Shown here: one piece after another, positions 10,334 through 20,193 of the stretch | Layout: each line of letters opens with the position of its first letter | How positions within the stretch are numbered: position 1 is the first letter of the stretch | Source of the DNA: an uncultured cyanobacterium | GTDB taxonomy: Bacteria; Cyanobacteriota; Cyanobacteriia; Cyanobacteriales; CAWUOF01 | NCBI GenBank assembly: GCA_963744145.1 | Contig: CAVUSO010000001.1 | Coordinates: 3,296,001 to 3,360,000 of the forward strand | Length of the DNA stretch: 64,000 bases | Direction: 5' to 3' | Translations under genes and position numbers: made by a program | Notes under the pieces: model-generated | Told to the model about the DNA's origin: nothing | Database searches by the model: none | Seen by the model: only the letters and a program-made list of their open reading frames with translations

Positions 10334-10921
10334 ATGCCTGCTGGTCACACCCACGATCGCATCACCCTCTGGACTTTGCCCCTGGTCGCGGGCTTAACTT
10401 TTGGACAAACCCACAATGGTAATCTGACTTTATTGGTGTCCGGTGGTTTTTTATTTGGTGGGCTGATGTTTGGACCGGACTTGGATATTTACTCCCGTCA
10501 ATATCAACGTTGGGGTTGGTTGCGTTGGCTCTGGTTACCTTATCAAAAAAGTCTACGTCATCGCTCCTATTTATCTCATGGGCCATTAATTGGGACTGGG
10601 TTACGAGTGATTTATTTGGTGATGTGGATCGGCATTTTTGTCAGTTTGGGGTTAGTTCTGAGCAAACTGTTTGGGGATATCCATTGGACTTGGCTAAACA
10701 TTGGACAAATAATTGGGCGATCGCTGGTTCAACATTATCCGGAATATTTGGCTCTATATATTGGTCTAGAGATAGGAGCGATGAGTCATTCTGTCAGTGA
10801 TTGGAGTAGTTCAGCTTATAAACGTTGGAAAAAAAAAGGAATCAAAGCTTTTTTTCTGCCGACTAAGAAAACTGTTAAGCATAAACGAAAATCTTCTCAG
10901 CGCAATAGTCGTCAGCGTTGA
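10334..10921 (+). CDS. DUF2227 metal-binding membrane protein
   Basis: MPAGHTHD, GPDLD, HRSYLSHG, SHSVSD. Confidence 0.85.
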   Translation: MPAGHTHDRITLWTLPLVAGLTFGQTHNGNLTLLVSGGFLFGGLMFGPDLDIYSRQYQRWGWLRWLWLPYQKSLRHRSYLSHGPLIGTGLRVIYLVMWIGIFVSLGLVLSKLFGDIHWTWLNIGQIIGRSLVQHYPEYLALYIGLEIGAMSHSVSDWSSSAYKRWKKKGIKAFFLPTKKTVKHKRKSSQRNSRQR

Positions 10922-11030
10922 AAAATTTCTGGTTGTTAACCCCATAGTGCCGATGGTCAAAATAACTAATGAACTTGCTCATTCCAGACTATAGTTCAAC
11001 TAACTTTAGTCCAATCTAGGGTTACCCAAT

Positions 11031-11498
11031 TCAAAACAGAAGCCGCTCTTGCCAAATTTCGCTTTTATAATGGCGTAAGCTGGAGCGAACTTCCATTAAA
11101 ATCTCTCCTAAATAATTCTTGCCACTACCATCTTTACCATAGCCCCAATAGTAGTCATGAAGATCTTTTTGCACGATCTTTTCCTCCTCTGTCGCGAGGA
11201 GAATTTGGCGAATACTGGCATGAGTTTTAAATTTATGGAGTACAGCTTGTCGCATCACATCATATTTGATTTGTTTCCAGTCGTGGCGGTGAGGAAGAAC
11301 GTGACCCAGTTTAGCTGCTTCGTCGGGAGATTGAGCCAAACGAATTTTTTCAGCATGGACAGTGCCAGCAAATTTCATCGCTTGATAATAGTGTTCTGAG
11401 GTCGATCACCAGACGGTATTTAGTTCAAAACCATGGGGCGAAAAATTACAAAAACAACCGTAGGGTTTTTCCTCTGCGCTAAAAAAATAAATTGTCAT
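11031..11498 (-). pseudogene. NADAR/YbiA family N-glycosidase with internal nonsense codon
   Basis: MTIYFFS..YGCFCNFSPH..VW*STSEHYYQAMKF..YWGYGKDGSGKNYLG; TGA at 11406-11408 in frame. Confidence 0.85.
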
Positions 11499-11750
11499 AA
11501 TTAGATTTAGCTATGGCGAAAAGACTATAGAAATTTTATTAAAGATTTTGGGGATAGGCAATATCTAAAATCAATTGCGATCGATTTACTTGTAATTAAA
11601 CTTAACCATAATCCGAACAGTTTTGAGCTCATAGCCTGAAACCCTTAATTTTTTATTAACAGAGTCAGAGCCATAGTTGATGAAACCTTATTCTATTGTT
11701 AGCCATCAAAAACTGTCCGAAGTATTGCCAAGTATAGCTAGGAGGTATTT

Positions 11751-12495
11751 ATGTCAAATACTTTAACAAGATCAGATCCTGCTTTAGCCATGATCGAAGC
11801 TGCTTTACCGAATCGATCCACAACCATATAAGGTAGAAAATCCATCCACTGGATTAATCGTCGTAGATGTAGTCAACGGGTCTTGTAGCGTTGGGTATAG
11901 TCCCTTAGCCCCAGCAGAACCCGACGAACAAATTGCCACTATGCTTGCTGAAAGTAACCGTTTAGCCAAAGCTTTCGCTACTCAAGATCGACCTGTGTTA
12001 GTATTTCTTGATGCTCACCAACCTGGTAAACTAGAAGGAAGCTATCCTACCCATTGCGAGAAAGGTTCTGGAGAAGAAAAACTCGTTCCAGAACTGGAAT
12101 GGTTAGAAACTTATTCCCAAGCTACCTTAATTGAAAAAGACTGTATTAACGGTTTTATTGGTGCTATTAATTTAAAAACAGGCAATAATGCTCTCCTGCA
12201 ATGGATTCACCAACACCAACTAGAAGCTTTGGTGGTAGTAGGAATTTGCACCGATATCTGTGTGATGGACTTGGTAATCACCATGCTATCGGCACGTAAC
12301 CATGATATGTTATCGATCTTAAAAGATCTTGTCGTATATACCAAAGGTTGTGCTACATATAACTTAACTCCAGAAATAGCAACCAAATTAGGGCTACCAA
12401 AAACAGCTCTTCATCCCCAGAAAATTTCCCATCATATCGGTTTATACACAATGGCGGAAAGAGGAGCATTTATTGGTTCTGAGATTGTTATATGA
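11751..12495 (+). pseudogene. Nicotinamidase/isochorismatase family hydrolase, +1 frameshift near 11811
   Basis: MSNTLTRS..ALP, then GLIVVDVVNG in a shifted frame continuous with FLDAH, YPTHC, EKDCING and VVGICTDICV. Confidence 0.8.
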
Positions 12496-12551
12496 ATATC
12501 GGCTATATTTTACTATAATTAGATTGTTGTTACTATTTAGGTCTAGCTCTC

Positions 12552-13391
12552 ATGATGTCAGATCCCACAACTTCTCTATCCCCGACTTTAGTGGCATTAC
12601 AACAATTAATTACGGTTGTGGCTAAATTGCGATCGCCTGAGGGTGGTTGTCCCTGGGATTTAGCGCAAACTTCGGAAACCTTGATTCCTTATATCATTGA
12701 AGAAGCTTATGAAGTAGTAAATGCGATTCAATCTGGAGATCAAAACGCCATTATTGAAGAGCTAGGTGATCTACTATTACAAGTGATTTTACAATCTCAA
12801 GTTGCTAGGGACAACGACAAATTTACTCTGACGGAAGTAGCTACAGGAATCAGTGAAAAACTAATTCAACGTCATCCTCATGTTTTTGGTAGTGTGACGG
12901 TTGAAAATGTTGAAGAAGTCCGGGCTAACTGGGAACGAATTAAAGCTACTGAAAAAGGAGAAAGTCACCAAAAATCTGCCCAACTTAGCTCGAAACTTAG
13001 TCGCTATGCTCGCACATTACCTCCATTAATGGCAGGAATGAAAATATCTGAAAAAGCAGCTTCAGCAGGATTTGAATGGGATAATGTGGCTGGAGTTTGG
13101 GCTAAGTTTGATGAAGAATTAGCCGAATTTAAACAAGCTCTTGCATATGAAGATAAAAATGCTCAACAAGCTGAGTTAGGGGATTTATTTTTTGTGCTAA
13201 TTAGTCTGGCACGTTGGTATAATTTAGATCCCGCGACTGCTTTGCAAGAAACCAATTCTAAATTTATCCAGCGATTAGCTCAAGTAGAAGTTTATGCTGA
13301 TCGACCACTCACAGATTACTCCTTAGAAGAGTTAGATGTACTTTGGACAAAAGCTAAAGCCCAAATAGCTCAACAAAAGCAACACAGTTGA
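12552..13391 (+). CDS. mazG: Nucleoside triphosphate pyrophosphohydrolase MazG
   Basis: GCPWD, IEEAYE, EELGDLL, RHPHVF, GFEW; tandem MazG domains. Confidence 0.95.
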   Translation: MMSDPTTSLSPTLVALQQLITVVAKLRSPEGGCPWDLAQTSETLIPYIIEEAYEVVNAIQSGDQNAIIEELGDLLLQVILQSQVARDNDKFTLTEVATGISEKLIQRHPHVFGSVTVENVEEVRANWERIKATEKGESHQKSAQLSSKLSRYARTLPPLMAGMKISEKAASAGFEWDNVAGVWAKFDEELAEFKQALAYEDKNAQQAELGDLFFVLISLARWYNLDPATALQETNSKFIQRLAQVEVYADRPLTDYSLEELDVLWTKAKAQIAQQKQHS

Positions 13392-13540
13392 TGATGTTTT
13401 TGAATAAATGGGGGATTCCATCAAATATTTACTGGTTGGGATGAGAATTTCTGGGAGTTGGCAAAAGAGCAGTTATTTACTACTATATATATATCCTGAT
13501 TTATAGATCAGGATAATTCCATGAGTTCGGTAGAATATTT

Positions 13541-14173
13541 ATGAATCTATGTCTAAACCCTGATGGTCAGAATATTAATCCGTCTAGCACCAAGTTTTGT
13601 CAGCCATGTGAGAATGAGTGGTTACTAGGCGATCGCGATCAGTCTACTTGTGAAGTATTGTCAGCACTTAATCCTCAATCAATACCTACACAAATTCAAA
13701 TTACTCTGACAAGTGAAAAAGGAATCGATTACAGTCATCTCCAGGAACTATTAGCTGCTAGAAAATGGCAAGAAGCGGATCAGGAAACTTATCGACTTGT
13801 GCTCAAAGTTGCTAATCGTGAAAAAGAAGAATATCTCACAGTTGATAATTGGTTAAACTTTCCCTGTAAAGACCTTCACACTATAGATCAGTTATGGGTG
13901 CAATACTCTTATGGTCGTTTTGGGTTTAGTGTCCAAAAAGAAATCTGGGAGAGTAAAGATGTGGGAGGTCATCCCGAGGCAAATTATGAGATAAGATATA
14001 AATTTGCTAATACTGTAGGATGGAGAAAAGAAGGAAACTGGTTAGCTTATAGCGACTTAACCTTTAATATCAATGCACCAATAGGTCATCTTCCAGTTTG
14101 TGATATTTGGTTAGGGGGATGTTATATATCCGTGTTGGGGTTATTTTCTAGTGCAAAGACTTGTAACCTATAA
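13541..14173 (+). CDS. GUN4 domain protein carrying a vestigial Ser/Thr kinase N-terminus
   Basis: SEKGIDY..WQEADQET..FPCKDLHTIDQLW..GRFGFSVQ..GHLP. Confidence 0.85.
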   Translation: MNLCLNPDGQNINPSSTKFCQPCENEWLLGDRDQSTCEVLSALNPQSIPTQIQITLTSEKGIDYSHLQELLAARKWQEADQETYRLVLKVANREKEEYLTVDNWLNFPCKDLHTIDQLWVQYSYGRFGFSVQKEIWESKDVGGHPEANYEIRYKFANTVGWRKEGNWLAYSDLTFNINAPIGHLPVCDIWLGGCYISVLGLFSSAKTCNL

Positions 14174-14255
14174 GATATTAAGAATTTTAGGCTATTTGTT
14201 AAGCATAATTTTGATACTTATTTCTCTGATTTACTTGGTAGATGGAGTAATTTGC

Positions 14256-15425
14256 CTAGTGCTGAGAAACAGGATTGAGATTCTGATGAGATGAATTACC
14301 TACTGGTAATAGAACTGTAACTTTCGTACCAACTCCTACCTGACTTTCTATATAAATATTTCCTCCACATAAATCAACACAACGCTTCACGATCGCTAAA
14401 CCTAGTCCAGTACCTTGAATTTTGCCAACATTACTGCAACGACTAAAGGTTTCAAATAAACGATGCTGATCCGCTTCAGGAATCCCAATCCCGCGATCGA
14501 CAATGCAAAATTTTACAGTATGATTTTGGTAACTGACTTCTAAGCGAACTTCATGACCAGATGGAGAATATTTAAGGGCGTTGGAAATCAGATTAACTAG
14601 AATATGTTTTAATCGATGAGGATCTAGTTCCAAGTAATCGAAATCTGACTGATATTGAGTCATTATGGGATGTTGATGATTGTCACTCAAGGCTAATGAA
14701 GCGATTAATTCATCACAAAACTCTGGTAATTGCAGAGATATTAATTCAATCTCAAAATTACCAGTATCAACTTTTCCTAATAGAATTACTTCATCCAAAA
14801 TTTGACACATATGAGCGATGGTTTCTTTAATTTTTTCAACATAAGTTGCTTTTTTTTCTAAGGTTAACTTATTCTCAAAATTCAAAACAATATCACTCAT
14901 AGCTTGCAACACAGTCAAGGGATTGCGAAATTCATGGGAAACCATGGAAACAAAATAGGATTTGAGCTGATTTAATTCCTGTTCTTTCTGCAAAGCTACT
15001 AAAGTAGCACGTTCACTATTTCTGAGTTGTTGCAAAATTTGCGATCGCTCAATCGTATATCGAATGCTACGTCTGAGTAATTGAACCGTTACTTGATCCT
15101 TAACTAGATAATCCTGGGCCCCTTGTGCCATTGCTTGGAGGGCTAATTCCTCATCATCAAAAACTGTCAGAATAATCACCGGAACATCAGGAACTGCTTG
15201 ATTAAACTGAGCGATAGTCTCTACTCCATCCGAGTCGGGTAGACGTAGATCAAGTAAAGCCAGATTAAAGGATTGAACTCGACAAAAATCGATCGCGTCA
15301 CTCAATCTTTCAGCATGAACTAGGTGCCAATTTCCACTTGATGCCCGCAAAAATACATGCTCAAATAACTGAGCATCAGTTGGACTATCTTCCACCAATA
15401 AAACTCGCAGAGATTCTTGATTCAT
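14256..15425 (-). CDS. Hybrid histidine kinase (REC-HisKA-HATPase)
   Basis: LLVEDS, LLDLRLP, SHEFRNPL, NALKYS, GTGLGL. Confidence 0.92.
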   Translation of the reverse strand: MNQESLRVLLVEDSPTDAQLFEHVFLRASSGNWHLVHAERLSDAIDFCRVQSFNLALLDLRLPDSDGVETIAQFNQAVPDVPVIILTVFDDEELALQAMAQGAQDYLVKDQVTVQLLRRSIRYTIERSQILQQLRNSERATLVALQKEQELNQLKSYFVSMVSHEFRNPLTVLQAMSDIVLNFENKLTLEKKATYVEKIKETIAHMCQILDEVILLGKVDTGNFEIELISLQLPEFCDELIASLALSDNHQHPIMTQYQSDFDYLELDPHRLKHILVNLISNALKYSPSGHEVRLEVSYQNHTVKFCIVDRGIGIPEADQHRLFETFSRCSNVGKIQGTGLGLAIVKRCVDLCGGNIYIESQVGVGTKVTVLLPVGNSSHQNLNPVSQH

Positions 15426-15522
15426 CGGAAATTACCTACTTCCAATAGGAATATTTGAGATTAAAGGCAATTGATTAGTTCCCTAAAATTTTTTAATTTT
15501 TGATTAAATATTTGGGACAAAT

Positions 15523-15969
15523 TTATTCCCCAGGTAATTTAACAGATGCTAACCAGAATTCATTAATTAATTGGACTAAATAAATGAATTGATGAATATC
15601 AATTGGTTTATTTAGATAGCAATTGGCATAGAGATTGTAAGAATGTAAAATATCTTCTTCATTGGTTGAAGTCGTGAAAATAACAACCGGAATCCGTTTT
15701 AATTCCTGATCAGTTTTAACTTCTGCTAAAACTTCGTGTCCGTCCATACCCGGTAAATTCAGATCCAGCAAAATTAAGTCAGGACGGGTCGCATCCGCAA
15801 ACTCTCCCTGACAACGGAGATAGTCCATTGCTGCTTCTCCATCCTCAACCCAATGCAAATTATTCGCAATTTTGGCTTTACTAAACTCACGAATCGTCAA
15901 ATTTGCATCACTGGGAGAATCTTCAACTAAGAGAATTTCAATTGGGCGAAAGGGGAAATTATTATTCAT
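15523..15969 (-). CDS. Single-domain response regulator (Rcp1-like)
   Basis: ILLVEDS, PDLILLDLNLP, ANCYLNKP. Confidence 0.92.
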   Translation of the reverse strand: MNNNFPFRPIEILLVEDSPSDANLTIREFSKAKIANNLHWVEDGEAAMDYLRCQGEFADATRPDLILLDLNLPGMDGHEVLAEVKTDQELKRIPVVIFTTSTNEEDILHSYNLYANCYLNKPIDIHQFIYLVQLINEFWLASVKLPGE

Positions 15970-17724
15970 AGATGACGGGAAATAGTAAAAAAGAAAGTAG
16001 TACCAATACTAGGAGTGGATTCTGCCCAAATTTCTCCCCCATGTCGAGCTACAATTTTCTTACAAATTGCCAATCCAATTCCAGTACCGGGATATTCTCG
16101 ACGAGTGTGAAGTCGTTTAAATAAATCAAAGATCCGATCTAAATATTGAGGTTTAATCCCAATTCCATTATCTTCTACTTGAAAAAGAAAATCTGTTTCT
16201 CGTTGAGTGACACGAATTGAAATATGGGGATAATCCTGGTGACAAAATTTGATCGCATTACCAATCAGATTTTGAAACAGTTGGACTAATTGACTTTGAT
16301 CTGCTTTCAGAGTTGGGAGTGGCTCAACCTTAATCAAGGCTTGACTTTGAGCGATCGCCATATGTAAATTCCGGAGGACCTCTTTGATCACAATATTACC
16401 ATCAATCAGGGTAAATTCCTTCCCACGAGTACCCACCCGCGAATACCTCAGCAAATCCTGGATTAATTGCTGCATCCGCTGGGCACCATCAATAATAAAA
16501 TCTGCATAGGACTGGGCAGTTTGATCAAAGCGATCGCCATACTCACTCATTAATAACTGAGTGTAACCCGTAATTGCCCGTAATGGTTCCTGTAAATCAT
16601 GGGATGCCACATAAGCAAACTGCTCCAAAGACTGATTTGATCGTTGTAACTCCTGATTCAACATTTGTAACTGTTCAGTTGCTTGAGTCAGTTCACCAGT
16701 TCGTGCTAGTACCCGTTTTTCTAATTCTTCGTTAAGTCGTAAAATTATCAATTCTGCCCTTCTCCGTTCTGTAATATTATCAATCACAGATAGAACACAG
16801 AGCTGGTCTTCAACTTGGATTATTTGGGCAGAAATACAACCAATAATTTTTTCATGATCATAGTTTTGCAACTGCACTTCATAGTCCTTAAGATGCCCCT
16901 GGGATTGCAACTGTTCCAGCATCTGCTGAAAATCGGCTATGTTCTGCCAAATCTTACTTTTTAATTCCCTTGACTTTAACAATTCCTCACGACTATATCC
17001 AAATAACTGCTGAAAACTATGGTTTACATCCACATAGTCTGCTTCAGCCAAGGTAATAATACTTTTCGCGATCGGGCTATGATAAAAAGCTTTAGAAAAC
17101 TTATCTTCTGACAATTTCAGCGCGGATTCTGCCTGCTGACGTTCTTTTTTCACCCGTAATGCTATAATTCCAAAACTTAAGCTATCAGTTAGTTCGGTGA
17201 ACAAAGCAAATTCTCTTGGATTAAACGCATCAACTTCCACTGAGTAAATATTTAGAGTCCCAAAAACTTCTTCCCCGTCCTTTAAAGGTAACACCATATA
17301 TGATTGATAGCCCCTTTGCTGTGCAGCTTCACAGCCAGGGAGCAAAACTAGGGTCTTGCAGCATATTTTGACAAGCTATTGGTTGACCCGAACGAATTAC
17401 CCTCCCCGTCGGTCCTCTTCCTCGTTCTGTATCTGCCCAAGTGATCTGTACTGTCTGTAAATATCCAGCTTCATATCCTGCCCAAGCCATGGGTTTAACA
17501 GTTTTGTCTGCATCGTGACACAGATAACCAACCCATGTCATCTGGTAAGCTGCTTCTTCTGTAATCAGTTGACATAGGGTTTGGAGCAATATCTGTTCAT
17601 CGGTTGCTCGAATTACAGCCTGGGTACAGGCACTTAATACTCGTAGTGCCCGATTGACAACCTGAAAATCGCGCTTCAGTTCTTTAGGATTGTCTTGATG
17701 TAAATTCTGCATACTATAATCCAA
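15966..17724 (-). pseudogene. GAF-PAS histidine kinase split by a +1 frameshift near 17335
   Basis: GAF (GRGPTG..DPSFAPW) continues as EAAQQRGY in the next frame; ASHDLQEPLR and GTGIGL. Confidence 0.8.
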
Positions 17725-18013
17725 TACCGTTCAGTTAAGGATATTTTTGGGGATCTCGGCAGAAGAAGGGTGAAGCATTCGGATCTAATATTACTAGTTT
17801 GATTGTTTAATTGTCGCTAAACATGCTTCACCCCTACACTTAATCAAGGTCGGAGTATTTCTATTAACCCAGATGAGTCTTTATTGCAGCAATCGGCGCG
17901 AACGTCAAACTACTTCATCGGGTCGGCAGGAATTAAGAAAACCTATCAGTTTTGAACATAGTTGAGCTACTATTGGTCATTTCATCGGCATCTCTATCAA
18001 TAAACGTGAGGCC

Positions 18014-18102
18014 CCATAACAGCTAAGTTGAGCGGCGGCTAGTATCCTTTACATCCTCGCCCAGATTTTTTTTAGCCCGTCCGCTCCAACGTGTTGTTAG
18101 AC
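18014..18102 (-). other. Integron attC recombination site
   Basis: GTCTAAC-5bp-GTTGGAGCGG...CCGCTCAAC-6bp-GTTATGG, with an extrahelical G in the L'' box. Confidence 0.85.
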
Positions 18103-18253
18103 CAGGCTTTCGCGACAAATTCACAACTTGTCTGCCGCTTTCTGCTTCCTTTTTGCGTAGGTCTGCGAATATTGCGTCCAAATCGTAGTTGAAAGACTTG
18201 GCATACTTTTCACGGATTCGGTGGATCTCTTCAACAATTTCATCTGTCCACAT
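18023..18253 (-). CDS. Small antitoxin partner of the PIN toxin; reads into attC
   Basis: MWTDEIVEEIHRIRE..FNYDLDAIFADL, 3 nt downstream of the PIN gene. Confidence 0.7.
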   Translation of the reverse strand: MWTDEIVEEIHRIREKYAKSFNYDLDAIFADLRKKEAESGRQVVNLSRKPGLTTRWSGRAKKNLGEDVKDTSRRST

Positions 18254-18256
18254 GAC

Positions 18257-18730
18257 CTAATCTCCCATGAGTTCGTTGGGTGTGCAAAGGATAGGCAGTA
18301 CATAGCCGAAATCTAGACTAATCTCCGCCAACTTTCCCTGGATTTGAGCATTGGCGATATGTTTGCAATTCCAGGTTAGCAGATAATCCATGCTGTGTAC
18401 GGTTGCGGCGGCAATGTGAACCGCGTCCACCTTCGCCTTTGGAGGCATGCTACTTCGGGCTAGAAATTGTGCAGCTAAACCTTGTACCGCTTGGTTCAAT
18501 GCTAGCAAGGGAAAATCACGCAGAATCTCCAGTCGTTGAGCGGCAATTTCCGCGTCCCCTTGCGCTACTTCGTCTATTACGACCTCTGAAGTGTAGAGAA
18601 TGAAGGCATTCCGACGGAATTCCCACCAGTCTTTTGTGATCTCCATATTTGCAGCCAGGATCAGATTCTTGGTTGATCTAGCTGTGAGATAGCCCACGAT
18701 GCTGGTTTCGATGTAGACAGTTTCACTCAT
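18257..18730 (-). CDS. PIN domain (VapC-like) toxin
   Basis: VYIETS, SEVVIDE, DAVHIAAA, YLLTWNCKHIAN. Confidence 0.9.
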   Translation of the reverse strand: MSETVYIETSIVGYLTARSTKNLILAANMEITKDWWEFRRNAFILYTSEVVIDEVAQGDAEIAAQRLEILRDFPLLALNQAVQGLAAQFLARSSMPPKAKVDAVHIAAATVHSMDYLLTWNCKHIANAQIQGKLAEISLDFGYVLPILCTPNELMGD

Positions 18731-18773
18731 CTGGAATAGGTTTAAAGTCTTCCCATTTTACTACTCAATTATT

Positions 18774-19152
18774 TTAACTTTTCCATAATTGCCAGAGATG
18801 ACTACTTTCAAGCATCAGAGTTACAGCCCACACAAAGATACTGATCCCCGTTGCTGCTGCGGCAATATCTTTAATCACCCCAATCTGAACATCTTCTCTT
18901 GGTTCGATAAAATCACATAAGATTTCGATCGCACTATTAAATAGTTCAGCAGACAACATGATTCCTGTCGCTAGCAAAATCAAAGTCACATCAATCCATT
19001 GTCGAAAAATAAACGACAAGACCATAACTACAACGGACAGAACAAGTTTGTAAGCAACACTAAAATCAGAGATTACAGCAACATAAAGACCTCGGAAAAT
19101 CACCCTCAATTTGCGAATGTGGCTATATCCTGGCGGATGTTTTTTTACTCAT
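18774..19152 (-). CDS. dgkA: Prokaryotic diacylglycerol kinase family protein; possible +1 slip in an A7 run near the start
   Basis: ELFNSAIE..D, IKDIAAAA; the ATG at 19152 is out of frame by one base with the ORF at 19109. Confidence 0.75.
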
Positions 19153-19445
19153 TTTGCTGTTCTTGAAAAGGTACAATCATACAGGTTAACCTAAATTATC
19201 TTTTTTATTTATCCACCTACAATTGATTTAATCAATAGCCTTGTTATTGCATAGGCATCAGCATTCGTATCTACTATTAACCGATAATTAAGGTAAGATG
19301 GTAATAATTATGATTCTTTATGACTAGCAGCAATTTTACTAACTGTCTGAGATTAACAATATTAAATTAGTGATTAAGTTTTTAGCTCTCTCCCATGAGC
19401 GATACTAGCATGGAGATCAAATAGCGATCGCCAACTTTACCAAAT

Positions 19446-19468
19446 AAAAAACCCTCCTGGTGGAGGGT
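19446..19468 (-). terminator. Intrinsic terminator after ctaE
   Basis: ACCCTCC-N4-GGAGGGT hairpin followed by a T run on the minus strand. Confidence 0.7.
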
Positions 19469-19499
19469 AAATTTGTTCATTAAGCGGAGAACAAACTGA

Positions 19500-20126
19500 T
19501 TAGAGGATATAGAGTAGCAAAAACAGAACAATCCAGACAACATCGACAAAATGCCAGTAAAGTTCTGCTGCTTCTACCCCGAAATGATGGTGATTTGAGT
19601 AATGGCTACTTTTGAGCGATCGCCACAAAACAGCCAAGATTAGCACCAAACCAAAGCAAACGTGCATCCCGTGGAACCCAGTTAGCACATAAAATGTGCT
19701 AGCAAACAGGTTAGTTTTTAGGCCAAATTCGAGATGAGCGTACTCATACAACTGACCACCAAGGAAAATTACTCCCATGATAGCAGTGATGGCGAACCAT
19801 AACCGCAGACCAGATACATCATTTTTTTTGATCGCAGTATCTGCGTTATGGATGACAAAACTACTAGAAATTAGAATGAGGGTATTAATTCCTGGTAACA
19901 ATAGCTCTCGTTCAGGTGTTCCTTCAGGTGGCCAAACTGGATTTACCGCCCGAAAAGTCAAATAAGCAGCGAACAAACCTAGGAAAATCATCCCTTCCGC
20001 AATCAGAAACAAAACAATACCAAAAATACGGTGATCGGGATGTTCGACATGATGACCTGCTGTCGCTCCAGTTTCAGCATGGTAACTTAGGACAGACTGA
20101 GACTCGTCAATTGTGGAACCTTGCAT
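19500..20126 (-). CDS. ctaE: Cytochrome c oxidase subunit III
   Basis: MQGSTID start; FLIAEGMIF, TGFHGMHV, YWHFVDVVW. Confidence 0.95.
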   Translation of the reverse strand: MQGSTIDESQSVLSYHAETGATAGHHVEHPDHRIFGIVLFLIAEGMIFLGLFAAYLTFRAVNPVWPPEGTPERELLLPGINTLILISSSFVIHNADTAIKKNDVSGLRLWFAITAIMGVIFLGGQLYEYAHLEFGLKTNLFASTFYVLTGFHGMHVCFGLVLILAVLWRSLKSSHYSNHHHFGVEAAELYWHFVDVVWIVLFLLLYIL

Positions 20127-20193
20127 AGTTCTCCCATCATTACCAAATAATAAGTTGATTTGCTCACCTCTAAAGGTGAGCAAAAATGAATCA

